Source: a candidate division WOR-3 bacterium (GTDB taxonomy: Bacteria > Hydrothermota > 32-111). Taken from it: a stretch of 64,000 bases of DNA. Location of the stretch: contig JBBFKX010000003.1 in the NCBI GenBank assembly GCA_037481815.1, forward strand, positions 128,001 to 192,000. Direction: 5' to 3'. Both the position numbers and the translations under genes were made by a program. Positions within the stretch are counted from its first letter, which is position 1, and the number at the start of each line of letters is the position of its first letter. Shown piece by piece: positions 59,968-64,000 of the stretch. The notes under the pieces are model-generated. The model was not told the DNA's origin. It did not search any database and saw nothing but the letters and a program-made list of their open reading frames with translations.

Positions 59968-61353
59968 TCACTTTAAAAATAGGAAAGCTATACTCAAATA
60001 AGTTGCTGTTCCAATTATATCTGCAAGTGATGTTATTAAAGGTGTACTTGCCGTTGCAGGATCTTTTTTCAATTTTGTGAATATGAAAGGTAAAAGAACA
60101 CCTATCAAACTACCTATTATAACATTAAATATCATAGAAATGACAACTATCGATGCTATCAAAAGATTCTTACCCCTTATAAAACCCATTATTGAAATTC
60201 CAAAGCCCATCACAAGTCCAAGAAGTGTTGCTATTAAAAGTTCTCTCAAAATCAAAGTAAACCAATCTCTCATTTCGATAGTTCCCATAGCAAGTGCTCT
60301 TATCACAAGAGTTGCTGATTGTGCTCCAGCATTACCTGCTGTATCAACCAGAACAGGTAAAAATGAAACCAGAACAACATACCTTGCTATCGTGTCCTGA
60401 AAACCCTGAATGATTCCTCCTGTAACAAAATCCATTATAAGAAGTGCCACAAGCCAACTTATTCTCGCTTTGAAGATTTGCATCATCGGAACATCTTTTA
60501 TTCTTGTTATAAAATCAAGATCTATATCGTGCGATTGGATACCAGAAAATTTAGTAAAGTCCTCTGTCTGCTCTTCTCGAACAGCATCAAGAATATCATC
60601 AAAAGTAACGATTCCCAAAAGATGTCTCTCTTCATCCGTAATCGGCAATGCAAGAAGATCATATTTTTCAAAAATTTTGATCGCCTCTTCCTGATCAGTA
60701 TTCGCAGTCAAAAATATCACACTTTTATCCATCAAGGAATCTATCGTTTGAGAAGGTTCGGCAAGTATCAACTTCTTTATCGATATATCATCCAAAAGAT
60801 GCCACTGGTCGTCAACAACATAAATCATGTTTATCGTTTCTACATCTTTTCCATAATTTCTAATGAATGCGATAGTTTTCTCTATGGTCCAAGAGTTTTT
60901 CACAGCTATATAATCTGGATTCATCAATCTTCCAACACTATTTTCAGGGTATCCTAAAAGTTGTAATGCCTTTTTTCGCTCTTCAGGAGAGAGAAGGTTT
61001 ATCATCTTTCTTGTGAGATCTGGAGGCATCTCCTCAAAAAGTTCGGTTCTATCATCTGGTTCAAGTTCTTCGATTATCGTCTTAATATCATCGTTTGTAA
61101 GATTTCTTAAAAGATCCTCTTGCATATCACTATCAAGATAAGAAAATACTTCCTGTTGAAAATCTTTTGGTAACAATCTTAAAATAACAACTCTTTCCTT
61201 CGATTCAATCTCCCTAAATAAATCTGCAATCTCCGGGGGTTGCCAGAAAGAGATCAATTCCTTTAAATTTTTCCAGTCCTTATTTTTTATTATCTCTTCG
61301 AGTTCCGGCTTTAATAATCTCACCATTGGATCAAATTTATAATCGTCAGACAT
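59968..61353 (-). CDS. mgtE: Magnesium transporter MgtE
   Basis: PDDR.ELF, YPENSVGRLM, CBS pair, AGNAGAQS.TLVIRALA, DPA.AS.PLIT..ADI.G. Confidence 0.95.
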   Translation of the reverse strand: MSDDYKFDPMVRLLKPELEEIIKNKDWKNLKELISFWQPPEIADLFREIESKERVVILRLLPKDFQQEVFSYLDSDMQEDLLRNLTNDDIKTIIEELEPDDRTELFEEMPPDLTRKMINLLSPEERKKALQLLGYPENSVGRLMNPDYIAVKNSWTIEKTIAFIRNYGKDVETINMIYVVDDQWHLLDDISIKKLILAEPSQTIDSLMDKSVIFLTANTDQEEAIKIFEKYDLLALPITDEERHLLGIVTFDDILDAVREEQTEDFTKFSGIQSHDIDLDFITRIKDVPMMQIFKARISWLVALLIMDFVTGGIIQGFQDTIARYVVLVSFLPVLVDTAGNAGAQSATLVIRALAMGTIEMRDWFTLILRELLIATLLGLVMGFGISIMGFIRGKNLLIASIVVISMIFNVIIGSLIGVLLPFIFTKLKKDPATASTPLITSLADIIGTATYLSIAFLFLK

Positions 61354-61481
61354 AAAAACCCCTTGAGAAATGAAATTTTTTCTTTGATTATAAAATTTTT
61401 TTCAGTAAAGTCAATTTATTTTTCAAAATTTTTATTTACTTTAAAACTTTGTATGCTAAAATCTCTCTAAAAGGAGGATTT

Positions 61482-62744
61482 ATGACTGGAAAAATAGCGT
61501 ATGATCTGATGCTTAAATTGAAAGGTGAAAGGGTTTCCGGAACAGAAAATCATAAAAAGGCAAATAACATCTTAAAACAGTTTTTAAAAGATTTAAAAGT
61601 TAAATATGAAACTATAGATTTTCCACTATACATTTCAGATATTGGCAAAGGATCTGTAACTCTGGGTTCACAAAGATATGAAGGTGTTCCCTATGGTTTA
61701 ACAGTTCCATATTCGGTTGAAGGGATTTTAGAGTATGCTGAATCTTTTGAGCAGATTCAAAACATCGATCAGAATTTTGAAAACAAAATTCTTATTATGA
61801 AAGATAGACCAAATATGTCAAAATTTCCTGTGCTAAAAGAGAAAAAGATAAAAGGTATAATCACCGCTTCAAGATCTGATGATTTAATCTCATCTTTACA
61901 TCTTTCAAGTTGGATGATCGAAAAAAACTGCATAATACCGATGATCGATATAAAATACTCTGATGTTTTAAAACTTATGGAAAATGTTGGGAAAAGGGTA
62001 AAAATTGAAGGAAAAGGTAAAACTTATAAAACAAGATCTGAAAATATCATCGCAAAAATCGATGGAACAAAAAAGACAGAAGAAAAAATAATCGTTATGG
62101 GACATACAGACACTGTCCCAAGATCTCCTGGTGGTTCTGATAACAGTGGGGGAATCGGAATAATGGCTGAACTTTTAGCATACTTTTCAAAAAATCGAAC
62201 AAAAAGAGAAATAATTTTTTCATTCTTTTCAGGTGAAGAATTGGGACTCTGGGGAAGTAGATTCTTTGTAGCAAGGAACGAAAAAGATCTGAAAAATTAT
62301 ATTCTTGGAATCAATTTCGATGTTGCTGGTGATCCTTTTGGAACAACCCAGTGCATTGTTACAGCAAATGATTATCTTGTCAATGTAATAAATTTTGTTT
62401 CAAAACTTACTGGAAGTTCAATAAATGTTTCAAAAGATATATATTCAAGTGATAACATGCCTTTTTCACTCAAAGGTGTTCCAACCATCAACCTTTTGAG
62501 AGCTGGTGGTGTTCCATCACGCTTTATCCATACAGATAAAGATTCGGTGGATCATATTTCTGAGAAAGGTGTTCTTCCTTTAATAAATTTTGGAAAATTC
62601 TTTATTGAAACTGTTGGGAACTCATCCATAAACCCAATTGAAAAAAATATTGATGAAGGAATAAAGAAAAAAATCGAAGGGTATTTCACCGGAAGAGGTA
62701 CTGAGATCAAGGATGTTGTTGATAGTTTAAAAAAGATCAAATAG
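61482..62744 (+). CDS. M28 family aminopeptidase with PA domain
   Basis: GHTDT...PGGSDNSGG, SGEELGLWGS, INFD, SDNMPF, IHTDKD; start ATG 61482 after AGGAGG. Confidence 0.88.
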   Translation: MTGKIAYDLMLKLKGERVSGTENHKKANNILKQFLKDLKVKYETIDFPLYISDIGKGSVTLGSQRYEGVPYGLTVPYSVEGILEYAESFEQIQNIDQNFENKILIMKDRPNMSKFPVLKEKKIKGIITASRSDDLISSLHLSSWMIEKNCIIPMIDIKYSDVLKLMENVGKRVKIEGKGKTYKTRSENIIAKIDGTKKTEEKIIVMGHTDTVPRSPGGSDNSGGIGIMAELLAYFSKNRTKREIIFSFFSGEELGLWGSRFFVARNEKDLKNYILGINFDVAGDPFGTTQCIVTANDYLVNVINFVSKLTGSSINVSKDIYSSDNMPFSLKGVPTINLLRAGGVPSRFIHTDKDSVDHISEKGVLPLINFGKFFIETVGNSSINPIEKNIDEGIKKKIEGYFTGRGTEIKDVVDSLKKIK

Positions 62745-64000
62745 TTTCAAGATAGTACAGAGTTTTGTTATCTATATTAACATTGTACTTCAAAATCAAA
62801 TAGGAGATATCGAGTAATAACAAAGATTTGAGTTTTCTATCATCAATTCTGGAAATCAACTGAAAAACTTCCTGTAAATTTTTATTGTTTAAACTGTTGT
62901 CCTCTTTTTTGAATGTCTCTTCGAGAAAAAGATACAGTAAAGGTATTTTTTCCTGATTCCCTTTTATTGATTTTATATATTCCAGACCTGATGTAAAATC
63001 ATTTCTGTATATATACATCTTGGAAATAATCGATGGATATTTTTTAAAATCCCTTTTCAAAATTTTTATAAACTCAAAACATGATGAAACACTTCCATAA
63101 TTCGCATACATCTCTGAAATAAGATGAAGATAGAACAAAACATTCTCATCATTATTTGCTTTCATTTCATTAATGAACAATTTTAAAAGTAAAAAACCTT
63201 TTTTATCTTCACCTTTTATCAGATATGTTTCGATCAATTTCAAAAACATTTCATTTTTTAATCTCTCATCTTTAACCATTGAAATATCTTCTATAAGCAG
63301 TTTCTCAATATTTTCATCGTTGTTAAATCTTAAAACCGAAAGTATCATTTTTATTCTTTCGACTCGTTTTGTTATGCTTTTTGCTTCTTTAATCGTCTCT
63401 TTAAAAGAATTTGCTAATTTCACTTTATCGTTTAAAAGATAATAATCGTTTGTCATCTGTGAAAGTAAAAGAGTTTTTTTAACATTATTTTTTATCCTAT
63501 CCTTGTTTTTATAAGCAAGATCCAGATACTTTTTTGAACTCAACGAATCACCTTTTTCGAAGAACTTTTCTGAAATCGTTAGTAAAATCTCAGGATCGTT
63601 TTCAAAACCGAGTTGGATTTCAACAAGTTTCGAATTCACTGAAAGGTTCAATTTTCTATAAGCATCAAAGAGTTCAACAAGAAGAAATGCTTTTTCATTT
63701 TTATTCTTCATTCGATTCGTTTCCCAGAATGCTGAACTTAAAAGAGAAAGAGATTTTGATATTTCTTTTACAAGTCCGAAACCTTTTCCCAGAAGAATCT
63801 TTGTCTGAGTTTTTTCAAAATCATTTTTGATATATGAAAGAAAAGTTTCAGAAAGTTCAAAATATTTTTTTGCCTTCGAAACATTTTGATCTCTCAGGTA
63901 TTCATTAGCGATTTTTAAATAGAATTTCGATTTAAAAGAATCGTTTAGGTTTTCTACCAGTTTTAACGCAAAATCATAATCTTTATTTTCGATGGCATCG
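62737..64000 (-). CDS. Helical-repeat (TPR-like) hypothetical protein, 5' partial
   Basis: Manual translation shows the frame stays open from 63711 to the window edge. Confidence 0.65.
   Translation of the reverse strand, partial: DAIENKDYDFALKLVENLNDSFKSKFYLKIANEYLRDQNVSKAKKYFELSETFLSYIKNDFEKTQTKILLGKGFGLVKEISKSLSLLSSAFWETNRMKNKNEKAFLLVELFDAYRKLNLSVNSKLVEIQLGFENDPEILLTISEKFFEKGDSLSSKKYLDLAYKNKDRIKNNVKKTLLLSQMTNDYYLLNDKVKLANSFKETIKEAKSITKRVERIKMILSVLRFNNDENIEKLLIEDISMVKDERLKNEMFLKLIETYLIKGEDKKGFLLLKLFINEMKANNDENVLFYLHLISEMYANYGSVSSCFEFIKILKRDFKKYPSIISKMYIYRNDFTSGLEYIKSIKGNQEKIPLLYLFLEETFKKEDNSLNNKNLQEVFQLISRIDDRKLKSLLLLDISYLILKYNVNIDNKTLYYLETI

Noticed and set aside
61354..61481. M-box riboswitch upstream of mgtE
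   Set aside because: Intergenic region is short, almost all A/T, and lacks the required structure

Overview
AT-rich diderm bacterial chromosome segment. LptF/G, TonB-dependent receptor, PorV-like and T9SS-CTD-like proteins suggest an FCB-affiliated lineage, but this is inference only. About 43 kb is mostly housekeeping: alr, comM/yifB, tmRNA, a hybrid kinase, a Pho-box-controlled porin-pstSCAB-phoU operon, lptFG, an EF-G paralog, and gyrA-moxR-envC-holB-ricT-metG-tatD-rsmA. At 43.5-49.7 kb is a complete compact type II-C CRISPR-Cas locus: tracrRNA, a ~1032-aa cas9 interrupted by a 1-nt frameshift, cas1, cas2, and 26 repeats/25 spacers. Every repeat carries a full -35/-10 promoter. The tracrRNA anti-repeat carries the same promoter pointing at cas9 and overlaps the tracrRNA promoter. 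Two spacers hit the same target with a seed SNP and also resemble the inverted repeat. Downstream are a 288-bp element with perfect 23-bp inverted repeats, a leaderless small-protein/nucleotidyltransferase pair with a nonsense codon, repeat-rich secreted proteins, and a TonB-receptor/binding-protein/chemoreceptor operon. Also notable are a family-5 solute-binding lipoprotein fused to a TonB C-terminal domain and a glycosyltransferase whose natural start codon reads ACG. All calls come from reading the sequence; no database searches were run.
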